From the NCBI GenBank assembly GCA_035650735.1, contig DASRGZ010000001.1, positions 1 through 64,000 of the forward strand: a stretch of DNA of 64,000 bases, given 5' to 3'. This document shows positions 19,571 through 28,523 of this stretch, one piece after another. The translations under genes and the position numbers were made by a program. The DNA is from Chthonomonadaceae bacterium. Lineage in GTDB: Bacteria > Armatimonadota > Chthonomonadetes > Chthonomonadales > Chthonomonadaceae. Positions within the stretch are counted from its first letter, which is position 1. Each line of letters opens with the position of its first letter. The notes under the pieces were generated by a model. The model made no database searches. It had not been told where the DNA came from and saw only the letters and a program-made list of their open reading frames with translations.

Positions 19571-20869
19571 ATGATGGCGTTAGATATACTGCATAATGGG
19601 ATAGTCTATCGGAAAGAGGAGGGGACCGTCACCCTTCACCGCCCGGACAGGAACGGCGGCGCCGGCACGGTGGTCGAGGTGGATGCGGCGCTGGCGGCGA
19701 GATACCGCCTTGCGACCGGCGATGTGGTCGAGGGCGACGTGGAGCCTATCGAGCCCGCGCAGTCGGCGACGGCGGCCAGCGATGAGTGCATGGAAGATGC
19801 CGCCGCCTGGGACGAGCAGTGGGATGAGCCGAGCGCGGTACGCGGCGCGAGCGTGCCGTCCTGGCTGATTAGCCGCGTCGTGCCCACAGAGCGCCTGGTT
19901 GCCGTGACGCGCATCAACGGGCTAACGCTGTCAGAAGCGGAGGAGCGTCCTTTTCCCCGTCAGCGCCGCAGTCCCTACGAGCGCGCGGTGCCCGAGCGCT
20001 GGGTTCCGATGGCGGTCGGTCCCTCCGACCTGACGGGCCGGATGCTGGACTTCGCCGCGCCGCTTGGCCTGGGCTACGCAGGCATGATCTACGGCCCGCA
20101 CGCCAGCGGCCTGACGCGCACGCTGCGGGCCGTCGTCGAAAGCACGCGCATCCATGCGCCCGACTGCGTGCTGCTCGTCTTGCTGCTGCGCGCGCGTGGC
20201 GAAGAGATCACCGAATGGCGGCGGCGCTTCCCAGAGTCGGATGTCGTGGTCTGCCCGTCGCCGCAGATGGGCGCGACGCCGGAGCAGACGCTCCAGATCG
20301 CCGACCTCACCCTGGAGTGCGCGCAGCGGCAGACCGAGCTGGGCCGGCATGTGCTGCTGGCGGTGGATTCGCTGACGGGGCTGTGGGGCGCGATGCTGGA
20401 GGCAGAGGAGGCGGACGCACAGGCGCGCGCCGATCAGTCCCACGCGCGTCAGCGTATCCGCGAGTGGATGCAGAAGGCGGGCAACTTTAGCGGCGAGGGA
20501 CCGCTGGGCCTTTCCCTGGGCGGATCGCTTACCCTGATCGGAACGGTCTGGAACCAGGAGATAGACCCGGAAGCGGAGGAGGAAAGGGAAGTCCATCCGC
20601 ACCTGCGCCTGCTGGAACACCTGCTGCACGAGACGGGGTGGCGCGTGCTGCTTTCCGGTCAACTGGCGCAGCAACGGCTCTACCCGGCGATAGATACGGC
20701 GCGCTGCCTGTCGGCGCACGAGGAGAACCTGCTGGACGCCACGACCTACGAGCGCCTGCTCTTAGCCCGCCGCGCCCTCGCCAACCTGCCCCTGCCGGCC
20801 CGCTATCACGCCCTGCTCAACGCCCTGGAAGCCACTCCCGATAACGGGGCGCTCCTCGAAGCCCTTTAG
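19571..20869 (+). CDS. Divergent transcription termination factor Rho paralog (degenerate ATPase)
   Basis: R-LD--APLG-G, R-EEITEW, A-L-LE-A-R--ELG-HVLLAVDSLT, GGSLTLIGT, L---LA--RLYPAID, EE-LL; N-terminal RY-L-TGD-VEG OB-fold motif. Confidence 0.82.
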   Translation: MMALDILHNGIVYRKEEGTVTLHRPDRNGGAGTVVEVDAALAARYRLATGDVVEGDVEPIEPAQSATAASDECMEDAAAWDEQWDEPSAVRGASVPSWLISRVVPTERLVAVTRINGLTLSEAEERPFPRQRRSPYERAVPERWVPMAVGPSDLTGRMLDFAAPLGLGYAGMIYGPHASGLTRTLRAVVESTRIHAPDCVLLVLLLRARGEEITEWRRRFPESDVVVCPSPQMGATPEQTLQIADLTLECAQRQTELGRHVLLAVDSLTGLWGAMLEAEEADAQARADQSHARQRIREWMQKAGNFSGEGPLGLSLGGSLTLIGTVWNQEIDPEAEEEREVHPHLRLLEHLLHETGWRVLLSGQLAQQRLYPAIDTARCLSAHEENLLDATTYERLLLARRALANLPLPARYHALLNALEATPDNGALLEAL

Positions 20870-20910
20870 TGCTGGCTCCGGGGCATGGACTGACCTCCCA
20901 TGAAGGGGGC

Positions 20911-20974
20911 TTTCCCGCCCACCCAGGTGGGCGGATGGCCGCAGGCCCCACAGCGGCAGGGTTTAGCCTGCCGC
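20911..20974 (+). repeat. Double-hairpin REP-like element, copy 2, flanked by a direct repeat
   Basis: Same element as 19486; GCGCTCCTCGAAGCCCTTTAGT at 20849-20870 and 20987-21008. Confidence 0.85.
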
Positions 20975-21009
20975 CAAAACGACGGCGCGCTCCTCGAAGC
21001 CCTTTAGTT

Positions 21010-21945
21010 CTAGGCAGGAAGCGGCTTGCCCACGAGGCGGCGGTAGGCTTCCCGGTACTTTTCGGCGGTGCGGGCGACGACCTCCGGGGGCAATTCCGGG
21101 GCGGGCGGCTCCTTGTTCCAGCCGGACGCCTCCAGCCAGTCACGGACGTACTGCTTATCATACGAGGGCTGGGGGTGCCCCGGCGCGTAGATGGCGGCGT
21201 CCCAGAAGCGCGACGAATCGGGGGTCAGCGCCTCATCAATCAGCGTGAGCGCTCCTGCGTGCAGGCCGAACTCAAACTTGGTATCTGCGATGATGATCCC
21301 GTTGCGCAGAGCGCGCTCCGCCGCCCGCTGATAGAGGGCCAGGCTGACCTCCGCCAGTTGCCGCGCCGTCCCCACTCCGACGATGCGCTCCACCTCCGCC
21401 AGGCTGATATTCTCGTCGTGGCCGGTCTCCGCCTTGGTCGCCGGGGTAAAAATCGGCTCCGGTAGCCTCTCCGACTCGCGCAGGCCCGCCGGAAGTTCGA
21501 TGCCGTGCAGCGTGACCGGCTGCGCCTGTCCGCCCGCCTGCCGGTACTCTTTCCAGAGGGAACCGGCCAGGTAGCCGCGCACCACGCACTCTACCGGAAA
21601 CGCCTGCGCCTTAACGCCCAGCATCGCGCGCCCGGCCAGCACCGCCCGCAGCTCCGGCGTGACGACGGCCCCGGCTTCGGCGATTCGGTCGGCGATAAAG
21701 TCATCGTCGGTCGTGATGTAGTGCGTGGAGGCGAGCGGGCGCAGATGCCGCAACCAGAAGCGGGTAAGCTGGTTGAGCACGCGGCCTTTATCGGGGATGC
21801 CGTTGGGCATAATCACGTCAAAGGCGGAGATGCGGTCGGTAACGACCAGCAGCAGCGTATCGCCCAGGTCATACACATCGCGCACTTTGCCCCTGGCGAA
21901 CAGCTTTAGCCCTGGGATCTCTGTTCTCAGCACCGGAGCGGTCAT
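21010..21945 (-). CDS. purC: Phosphoribosylaminoimidazole-succinocarboxamide (SAICAR) synthase
   Basis: GKVRDVY, TDRISAFDV, ECVVRGYLAGS, FTPATKA, IADTKFEFG, DEALTPDSSRFW, DKQYVRDWL. Confidence 0.97.
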   Translation of the reverse strand: MTAPVLRTEIPGLKLFARGKVRDVYDLGDTLLLVVTDRISAFDVIMPNGIPDKGRVLNQLTRFWLRHLRPLASTHYITTDDDFIADRIAEAGAVVTPELRAVLAGRAMLGVKAQAFPVECVVRGYLAGSLWKEYRQAGGQAQPVTLHGIELPAGLRESERLPEPIFTPATKAETGHDENISLAEVERIVGVGTARQLAEVSLALYQRAAERALRNGIIIADTKFEFGLHAGALTLIDEALTPDSSRFWDAAIYAPGHPQPSYDKQYVRDWLEASGWNKEPPAPELPPEVVARTAEKYREAYRRLVGKPLPA

Positions 21946-21999
21946 TCTCTTCTCCCCAACGTGATTTCTGGTTCATTGTACCAGAAAGAAGCCTTTTTG

Positions 22000-22100
22000 A
22001 CCTAACCCCCCGGCCCCCTTCCCTGGGAGGGAAGGGAGGGACCCGGCTTCTGCTCTCCCCTCTCCCGACGCTGCGGGAGAGGGGCCGGGAGTGAGGGCCA
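22000..22100. repeat. Palindromic REP-like repeat
   Basis: CCTAACCCCCCGGCCCCCTTCCCT-GGAGGGAAGGG and CCCCTCTCCCG...CGGGAGAGGGG hairpins. Confidence 0.7.
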
Positions 22101-22202
22101 GAACGGAATAGCCCTGATATACGGCGATTGGAATAGGAAAAACCTGGCTGCGGGCCGAATATAGTGGCATCGTCTGACTGCCCGGTTACCGTGTAATTAC
22201 CT

Positions 22203-24857
22203 ATGCGCTTACTCGCCCCTGAACATAAGACGGCGCTGACCGATCCCCAGACCTGGCGCGACAATCCGTTCGTCCATCGGGACGCCTGCCGTGACGCCAA
22301 CCGCAAGCAGCCCCTCAAATCCCTGGCCTGGATGAGCGGCACGCTGCTTGTGTTTCTCGCGCTGGCGCTATGGGGCCTGGGCGCGCTCCATGCGCGCCGC
22401 CACCATATTCCCTGGTACCTGGGCGGCGATATGGGCACGGCGCTCTGCATTGCCTTCTGCGGTATTCATGTCTGGTACGTAACCGGCACCGCGCAGAAGC
22501 TGACAACGCGCATGCTGGCGCAAGAGGCGTTCCGCAACACGCTGGCGCACCTGCTGATGCTGCCCCTCTCCCCGTTCCAGATGGTGCTGCAAGCGGCGGT
22601 CTATCCCTGGCTGGCGGCGATGCGCATGGCGGTACTCATGCTGCCGGTCTATGCCTTTTTCGTCGGGCTGGACGGCGTGGCCTGGGCGGACGTGCTCATG
22701 CTTTATGTAGTGTTCGCGCTCCTGGCCGTCTCCTTGCCGACCTGGCGGCGGCCCGCGCTGGGCGATAGCGTCCTGTTTATCTCGCCGACGCAGACGGCGA
22801 CTAACACAGCCATGACGGCTGCCTCCGGCCAGACAGCGACGACGGGAGCCGCCTCCCCGACGGGCGTCTGGGTGATGTTCGCCTGTCTGATGCCGGTCTT
22901 TGCCCTGTTCTTTTCCCTGACCTCTCGGCGCGGGGGCGTGGGCGCTGTGCATCACGTCCTGAGCGCCTACATCCCCGACTCGCTTCTGGTTCTGCTGCCG
23001 ACTTCGATGCTGTCGTGGCCGCTGCTGATGGCCCGTGCGCTCATCACGCCCTTCGACTGGTTCGGCCTGCCGGTGCCGCCGCTGCCCTTCGTCCTCACCC
23101 TCTTCGCGCTGAACCGCTACACGCAGGCTGTGCGCACCGGCGAGTACCTGAGCGTGGGCACCTATCGCGATCTGGCGCTGCTGCCGACCTATCTGCCGCG
23201 CCGCCGCCTGGAAGGCGCGCTGCGCATCGCGCAGGCATTTGTGGTAACGGGCTACCTGTGGAAGTGGGCGATATGGAACGGCGGGCTGGCGTGGGCGGTA
23301 GGGCAATCCGGCGGGGGCGTGCCGGGCCAGATGGGGTTCGTCTACGGGCTGCTGTTCCTGACGACCTACCGGGGCCTGGGACGGGCCGCGCTGCTGGCCC
23401 GCTGGCAGCGTATCCGGCAGGAGCGGCGTGCCGTCGTCAGCCGACAGGTGACGCCGCGTGCGGCGGCGCGGTTCCTGGCTGAGCCGTTCGCGAGCGCCGG
23501 GCTGTTCTACCTGGCCTGCTGTGCGGTCTCCCGCACGGCGCCCTTTCCCGCCGCCGTGTGCGCGCTGGCGGGCAAGATGCTGGCGGTTGGGCTGGCGGGC
23601 GTCGTGCTGAACTACGGCGCCAACCGTGCGCTGGGAATGCTGGCCGCGCTGATAGGATTGATGCTGCCCAGCCTCTGGATCTACGGAACGCTGTTTGCCC
23701 ATGCGCCGGAAGCGCGTCCGCTGGCCTTTTTCAGCCCGACGCTGGGCCTGCTCAACCTGAGCGGTATCACGCTGCCGGGCCTGCCGCCTCTGTTTCAGCC
23801 GCCGCTGCCCTGGTGGATGTGGGCCGTAGATGGCGGGCTGACCGGCCTGCTGCTGGCGCTCTGCGCGCTGCTGGCAGCGCTGCCAAAGCGCCCTCCCGCC
23901 GCCGAACCGGACCTCACGCTGGACCCTACGCTGGTTGGAGAGGAAGCTTTCTACGATAGAGCGTTCGCCCGAACCACCGAAGCCGCGCAGGTGGAATCGC
24001 CCGTGGCGCTGCGGCTGATCGCGGGCATACAGCGCTGCTGCGATAACGCTGTCATCATCAAAGAGCTGCGGGCACGCCTGCGCGGCAAGCTCCATCCCCA
24101 GGGTTTGCGGACGACCTTCGTCACGTTCCTGATAGCCTCCGTCGCCGTCGGCGTGATCTATCCGCCCCTAGCGGCCTTGTTCGAAAGCGGACTGGCGCCG
24201 CTGCTGTTTGGCCCTCTGCCTGCCGCCGCACAGCCCGCCGCCAATATGCTCTCCTGCTGGCATCTGCTGCTGCTGTTTGTGAGCTTTGCGAGCGGGTTTG
24301 CCGTCCTGCCGCTGGCCTTTGCCGTGGAGCGCGAAAAATCCACGCTGGGCTTCCTACTGATGACGCCGATGAGCGCCCGCTCCATCGTCTTTGGCAAGCT
24401 GATCGGGCTGCTGGTTCCCGGCAGCCTGGGGGTAGGCATGATTGGCCTGTGGACGCTGGCGCTCTCGCTGCTGCTGACGCCGACGCTCGGACTGCTGGGC
24501 CTCCTGGCCTGGCTGGAGGTGACGGCGACGGCGCTGGCGATTCTGGTGATGATCGGCATGGGATCTCTCGCTGTAGCCAGCCTGTTCCCGCGCACAGTGA
24601 CGACGCTTGGCAGCGGCTTACTGGCCTGGATACTTTTTCAGGCCTGCCTGCAGAGCTTTATCCACCTCCCGCGCGCCCTGCGCCATGTGTCTGCCGGGCC
24701 GTTCGCGCTCTTCGGCCTGCACGGCTACCTCCTCTGGCTTGGCTTCCTGGGCCTATGCCTGGCCCTGACTCTGCTGATGGCGCTGCTCTCGATCTGGGGA
24801 GTGCGCCGGATGCGCAAAGGCGATATCGCCTTCGCCGCCTCCAAACGCGAGAACTGA
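22203..24857 (+). CDS. Large polytopic membrane protein with two ABC-2 permease-like modules
   Basis: DNPF ... LAQE--RNTL--LLM-PL-P in the first half; DNAVIIKELR ... FAVEREKSTLGFLLMTPMS--SIVFGKL in the second half. Confidence 0.75.
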   Translation: MRLLAPEHKTALTDPQTWRDNPFVHRDACRDANRKQPLKSLAWMSGTLLVFLALALWGLGALHARRHHIPWYLGGDMGTALCIAFCGIHVWYVTGTAQKLTTRMLAQEAFRNTLAHLLMLPLSPFQMVLQAAVYPWLAAMRMAVLMLPVYAFFVGLDGVAWADVLMLYVVFALLAVSLPTWRRPALGDSVLFISPTQTATNTAMTAASGQTATTGAASPTGVWVMFACLMPVFALFFSLTSRRGGVGAVHHVLSAYIPDSLLVLLPTSMLSWPLLMARALITPFDWFGLPVPPLPFVLTLFALNRYTQAVRTGEYLSVGTYRDLALLPTYLPRRRLEGALRIAQAFVVTGYLWKWAIWNGGLAWAVGQSGGGVPGQMGFVYGLLFLTTYRGLGRAALLARWQRIRQERRAVVSRQVTPRAAARFLAEPFASAGLFYLACCAVSRTAPFPAAVCALAGKMLAVGLAGVVLNYGANRALGMLAALIGLMLPSLWIYGTLFAHAPEARPLAFFSPTLGLLNLSGITLPGLPPLFQPPLPWWMWAVDGGLTGLLLALCALLAALPKRPPAAEPDLTLDPTLVGEEAFYDRAFARTTEAAQVESPVALRLIAGIQRCCDNAVIIKELRARLRGKLHPQGLRTTFVTFLIASVAVGVIYPPLAALFESGLAPLLFGPLPAAAQPAANMLSCWHLLLLFVSFASGFAVLPLAFAVEREKSTLGFLLMTPMSARSIVFGKLIGLLVPGSLGVGMIGLWTLALSLLLTPTLGLLGLLAWLEVTATALAILVMIGMGSLAVASLFPRTVTTLGSGLLAWILFQACLQSFIHLPRALRHVSAGPFALFGLHGYLLWLGFLGLCLALTLLMALLSIWGVRRMRKGDIAFAASKREN

Positions 24858-24874
24858 GGCACCTTTCTAAGTAT

Positions 24875-25480
24875 CCGGGCATGGAAAATACCCGTCTAGA
24901 GGGCGGCTGCGCCGCCAACCGTCCTTCGGATGGGAAAACGGGCCTATCGGCAGGTGGCTGCCTTCGTAGAGCGGGAAGAACCTGCCGCTACGGAGCGTCC
25001 GCCAGTCGCAAGGCCGAGCCGCGAACCGTTGAGCGGCGTCCCTTGCAGTCGCTTGGCCGTAGGCCCTAGAGCCGGGGGGTGAAAACCCCGGACCTAGCCG
25101 GGCATGGAAAATACCCGTCTAGAGGGCGGCTGCGCCGCCGACCGTCCTCCGGACGCCCGACCTCACCCCCGACCCCTCTCCTTTAGAAGGAGAGGGGAGA
25201 GGCCCACACTCCCAGAGTCTTCCGTTCTGGCTTATCTCCCCTCATCCCTGGCCCTTCTCCCTGCAAGGGAGAAGGGAAAAGAGAAGCCGGGGTTTTCCTC
25301 TGCCTGCCTGCGCAGGCAGCATGTTTCGCCCACGTAGGTGGGCGACGGGCCGCAGGCCCCACAGCGGCAGGGTTTAGCCTGCCGGGAGAGCGGAAGCCGG
25401 GTCATCTACTTCCCCCTCTCCCGGCGCTGCGGGAGAGGGGGGCAGGGGGTGAGGGCGATAGGGACGGGGGTTAGGTCTGA
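24875..25480. repeat. BIME-like cluster of several REP-like families
   Basis: CCGGGCATGGAAAATACCCGTCTAGAGGGCGGCTGCGCCGCC twice (24875, 25098); double-hairpin copy 3 at 25327-25384; CCCCTCTCC/GGAGAGGGG hairpins. Confidence 0.8.
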
Positions 25481-25486
25481 GGGCAG

Positions 25487-27247
25487 CTACTTCGTGGCGA
25501 TGGTAACTACCGCCGAGAGGCCCGCGCGCAGGCGATTCAAGTCTGGCTGGTTGGGATCGAAGACGACCTTGACGGGAATGCGCTGGACGACCTTAGTAAA
25601 GTTGCCGGTGGCGTTCTCCGGCGGCAGCAGGGCAAAGGTCGCTCCGGTCGCGGGGGCGATGGACTGCACGCGCCCGGTAAATTTGCGGCCGGGGAAGGTA
25701 TCCACTTCGACCTCGGCGCGCTCGCCGGGCCGCACGTCCCGCATCTGGGTTTCTTTGAAGTTGGCTTCCACCCAGATGTCGCTGTTGGGAAGGATCGCCA
25801 TGATCTGCTGCCCAACCGCAACCTGCTGTCCGACCTCCGCCGCCTTTTTGCTGACCGTGCCGCTGACGGGAGCGATAATGCGGGTGTGCTGCAAAGCGAT
25901 CTCGGCGTTCTTCAAGGCGGCCCTGGCCTCCAGGATACGGGCCGTGGCGGTCTGCTGGTTGGCGCGGCTGACGGCGACCTGGCGGGGCGCGGTGCGCGCC
26001 TGATTGAGTTGGCCGAGGGCCTGGGCGCGCTTTGCCTCCGCCTGCGCTACATTTTGCTGGGCGGCGCGCATCTGGGCTTGCGCCGATGCCTCGGTAGCCT
26101 GGGCGGCATTCACTCCCTGCTTGGCGGCGGCAAGCTGCGCTCTGGCCTGGGCGATGGCGTCATCGGCGGCATGAACGGCCTCGCGCGTGCTGCTCAGGTC
26201 GGCCTGCCGCTGCGCGACGAGGGCCTGGGCCTGCGCGACCTGTTGCTGTGCGCTGTCCAGTTGGGCACGCGCCGAAGCGGCGGCGGCGCGCGCCGCATCT
26301 ACCGCCTGGGCGCTGACGGCATCCTCGCTATAGAGCGTGGCAAGGCGAGCCTCGTCTTTGTTCGCCTTTTCCGCATTGGCCTGAGCCGCGGTGACGGCTG
26401 CCTGCGCGGATCGGACGCCCGCCTGAGCCGTGACCAGCTGCGCCTGCGCCGCACGGACGGCGTCCTGAGCGCGATGACGGGCGCTGATCGCCGCTGAGAG
26501 GGCCGCCTGGGCGGTCTTGACGTTGGCACGCGCCGTCTGCTCGCCCGCCAGGGCGCCCACGATGCCGGCACGGGCGCGCTCGACATCGGCCTGCGCGCCG
26601 CTGATAGCGCTCTCGGCCTGCGCCACGCCGCCCTGCGCCTGCTGCACCTGCGCCGTGCCGGTCTCCGCCGTGAGGCTGACGCTGGAAGCGGCCCCCTGCG
26701 CCTGCGCTTCCGCCATAGCCAGATTGGCCCTGGCCTGCTCGACGGCGGCGCGGAACGTCGAGTCGTCGAGCACCGCGAGGAGCTGTCCGGCTTTGACCTG
26801 CTGGTTTTCCGACACGAATACCTGGGCGATGTTGCCGCTGACCTGCGGGGTCACCTGCACGATATCCGAGGTCAGGTAGGCGTCGTCCGTAGAAACATGG
26901 GTGGAGGCGAACTGCCAGTAGTGTATGCCCCAGACGATGGCGTAGCCGAGGACCGCCAGCGCCCCGACCACCAGGGCGCGCTTCAGCCAGGAGGGCCTGC
27001 CAGGTTTCGCCTGCCCGTTGTCGCCCGCGGCTTGTTCCGAATCCGCGCCGTTATGCGCCGGCTCCGGCGCATTCCTGACGGGAGCGGCTTCGGGCGGCGC
27101 CGCAGCGCTCCTCTCCTCTACAGGGCGTTCGGCCACTGCCGGAGCCGCCTGTGCGACCTCGCGTCGTGCGGCTGGGTTTTCCGACGTGAAGCCGTTTTTC
27201 TCCAGTGCGGCGGTAGGTTGTGTTTCCAGTTCACTTATCTGTGTCAT
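25487..27247 (-). CDS. HlyD/EmrA-family membrane fusion protein with a long Ala/Gln-rich coiled coil
   Basis: HVSTDDAY, V--QVSG, I-APVSG-V, WVEANFKETQM, ALLPPENATGNFTKVVQRIPVK. Confidence 0.92.
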   Translation of the reverse strand: MTQISELETQPTAALEKNGFTSENPAARREVAQAAPAVAERPVEERSAAAPPEAAPVRNAPEPAHNGADSEQAAGDNGQAKPGRPSWLKRALVVGALAVLGYAIVWGIHYWQFASTHVSTDDAYLTSDIVQVTPQVSGNIAQVFVSENQQVKAGQLLAVLDDSTFRAAVEQARANLAMAEAQAQGAASSVSLTAETGTAQVQQAQGGVAQAESAISGAQADVERARAGIVGALAGEQTARANVKTAQAALSAAISARHRAQDAVRAAQAQLVTAQAGVRSAQAAVTAAQANAEKANKDEARLATLYSEDAVSAQAVDAARAAAASARAQLDSAQQQVAQAQALVAQRQADLSSTREAVHAADDAIAQARAQLAAAKQGVNAAQATEASAQAQMRAAQQNVAQAEAKRAQALGQLNQARTAPRQVAVSRANQQTATARILEARAALKNAEIALQHTRIIAPVSGTVSKKAAEVGQQVAVGQQIMAILPNSDIWVEANFKETQMRDVRPGERAEVEVDTFPGRKFTGRVQSIAPATGATFALLPPENATGNFTKVVQRIPVKVVFDPNQPDLNRLRAGLSAVVTIATK

Positions 27248-27861
27248 CGCGCTTTCTCGTCCCCATTCTGCCTGGCATGGTTGTCAGCCGCGAACGCCTG
27301 CACACTCTGCCGCAGCTTGATGAGCAGATGCGTTAGCTGTAGGCAGTCCGGCGCCTCCATCCCGGCCCACAGGCGGCGCACGTTGGCAAGGTGCGAAGGC
27401 ATGATCCGCTCCAGCAGCGCCTCACCCTCCGGCGTCAGCACAGCCAGGACAACACGCCGGTCGCCCGGAAGGTTCGTGCGGCGCACCAGACCCTCGCGCT
27501 CCAGCCCGTCCACCAGCTTCGTGATATTGGCGCAGGTCACGCTCATGCGCTCGCCGATCTCCGACATCGGCAGGCGGTTCTCGGTCGCGGCCTTTAAAAG
27601 AATTAACAGGTTATATTTGGCTACGGAGAGACCGTAGGGAGCCAGCAGGGCCGTCAATTGCTCGTAGATCGCGCCGCACGTCCGCAGCAGAAGCGCCAGG
27701 TTCTCGCAGGCCAGCCGCGTGCCCATGTCGTCGGGAGCCAGGAAGGGGCCGGTGCGCTCGGCGATCTGGGCTTCGATCTCGGCATCATAGAATAAGGGCT
27801 GTCCGTTAAAGGTTCTCTGACAGGGCTCTGGTCTGGCCTGAAAATGGACGGTCTTGGGCAT
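27244..27861 (-). CDS. MarR-family transcriptional regulator
   Basis: GLS-AKYN-L, EIGE-M-V---NIT-LVD-LE--GLV-R----DRR-VL--LT-EG; ATG at 27861 with AAGGA RBS. Confidence 0.9.
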   Translation of the reverse strand: MPKTVHFQARPEPCQRTFNGQPLFYDAEIEAQIAERTGPFLAPDDMGTRLACENLALLLRTCGAIYEQLTALLAPYGLSVAKYNLLILLKAATENRLPMSEIGERMSVTCANITKLVDGLEREGLVRRTNLPGDRRVVLAVLTPEGEALLERIMPSHLANVRRLWAGMEAPDCLQLTHLLIKLRQSVQAFAADNHARQNGDEKAR

Positions 27862-28068
27862 GACGGCGTTCCTTAATTGAGGCAGACGCGCTCTTCTGAA
27901 GCGGCCTGCCCCCATGGAGAGGGCTTCCCCTCGAAATTGTTTAACACTAGTATTATTTACGAGTTAAGTATCGGAAAGTTTCCCGCTTGCTTCTAATTTG
28001 CAGGCCTTTTTCTCTATCCCCTTGCCGTACCGTAATTGCGCTGGAAATTCGGAAGACACAAAGCATTG

Positions 28069-28149
28069 GATAGACACCCCCAATCGTGTGGATACATCTC
28101 AAAAGCGTGCGCTCCATGAGAAGCGTCAACACGGTTGGGAGGGATTACC
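28069..28149. mobile_element. MITE copy A (81 bp, diverged) with 8-bp TSD AAGCATTG
   Basis: Ends GATAGACACCCCCAATCGTGTGGA / CAACACGGTTGGGAGGGATTACC; TSD at 28061-28068 and 28150-28157. Confidence 0.85.
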
Positions 28150-28228
28150 AAGCATTGTCGTAGCAGCACCTACCGAAAACAGGGCAACAGCGTAGGCGCT
28201 GGAGCAGCGGTCTGGGATGCGGAACCTC

Positions 28229-28267
28229 TTGCCAATAGCCCTGCGTTGTGCTATCATATTGATAACA
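28229..28267 (+). promoter_or_regulatory. TA operon promoter with FitA-type operator
   Basis: TTGCCA (28229)-17 bp-TATCAT (28252); inverted repeat TGCTATCA-N3-TGATAACA (28249-28267) over the -10 box. Confidence 0.72.
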
Positions 28268-28286
28268 TACCTAAACAAGGAGCCCT

Positions 28287-28523
28287 ATGTCCATGCCTCA
28301 GGTGCTAGTGCGGGAGGTCGAACCCGCCGTCGTTGAGCGACTGAAGCAGCGCGCCCAGCGTCACGGCCGCTCGCTGGAGGCAGAGCTCCGGGTCATTCTG
28401 CGTCAGGCCGTCGGGTTAGATATGCAAGCAGCGCTGGAGGAACTGCGGCGCATCCAGGATGACTTCGCGGGGCGCACGTTCTCCGACAGTACTGAACTGC
28501 TGAGAGAGGATCGCGAGCGCTGA
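28287..28523 (+). CDS. FitA/VapB-like ribbon-helix-helix antitoxin
   Basis: Q-LVR-V---VVERLK-RA--HGRSLEAELR-IL; DS-ELLREDRER; TGATG overlap with the toxin. Confidence 0.9.
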   Translation: MSMPQVLVREVEPAVVERLKQRAQRHGRSLEAELRVILRQAVGLDMQAALEELRRIQDDFAGRTFSDSTELLREDRER

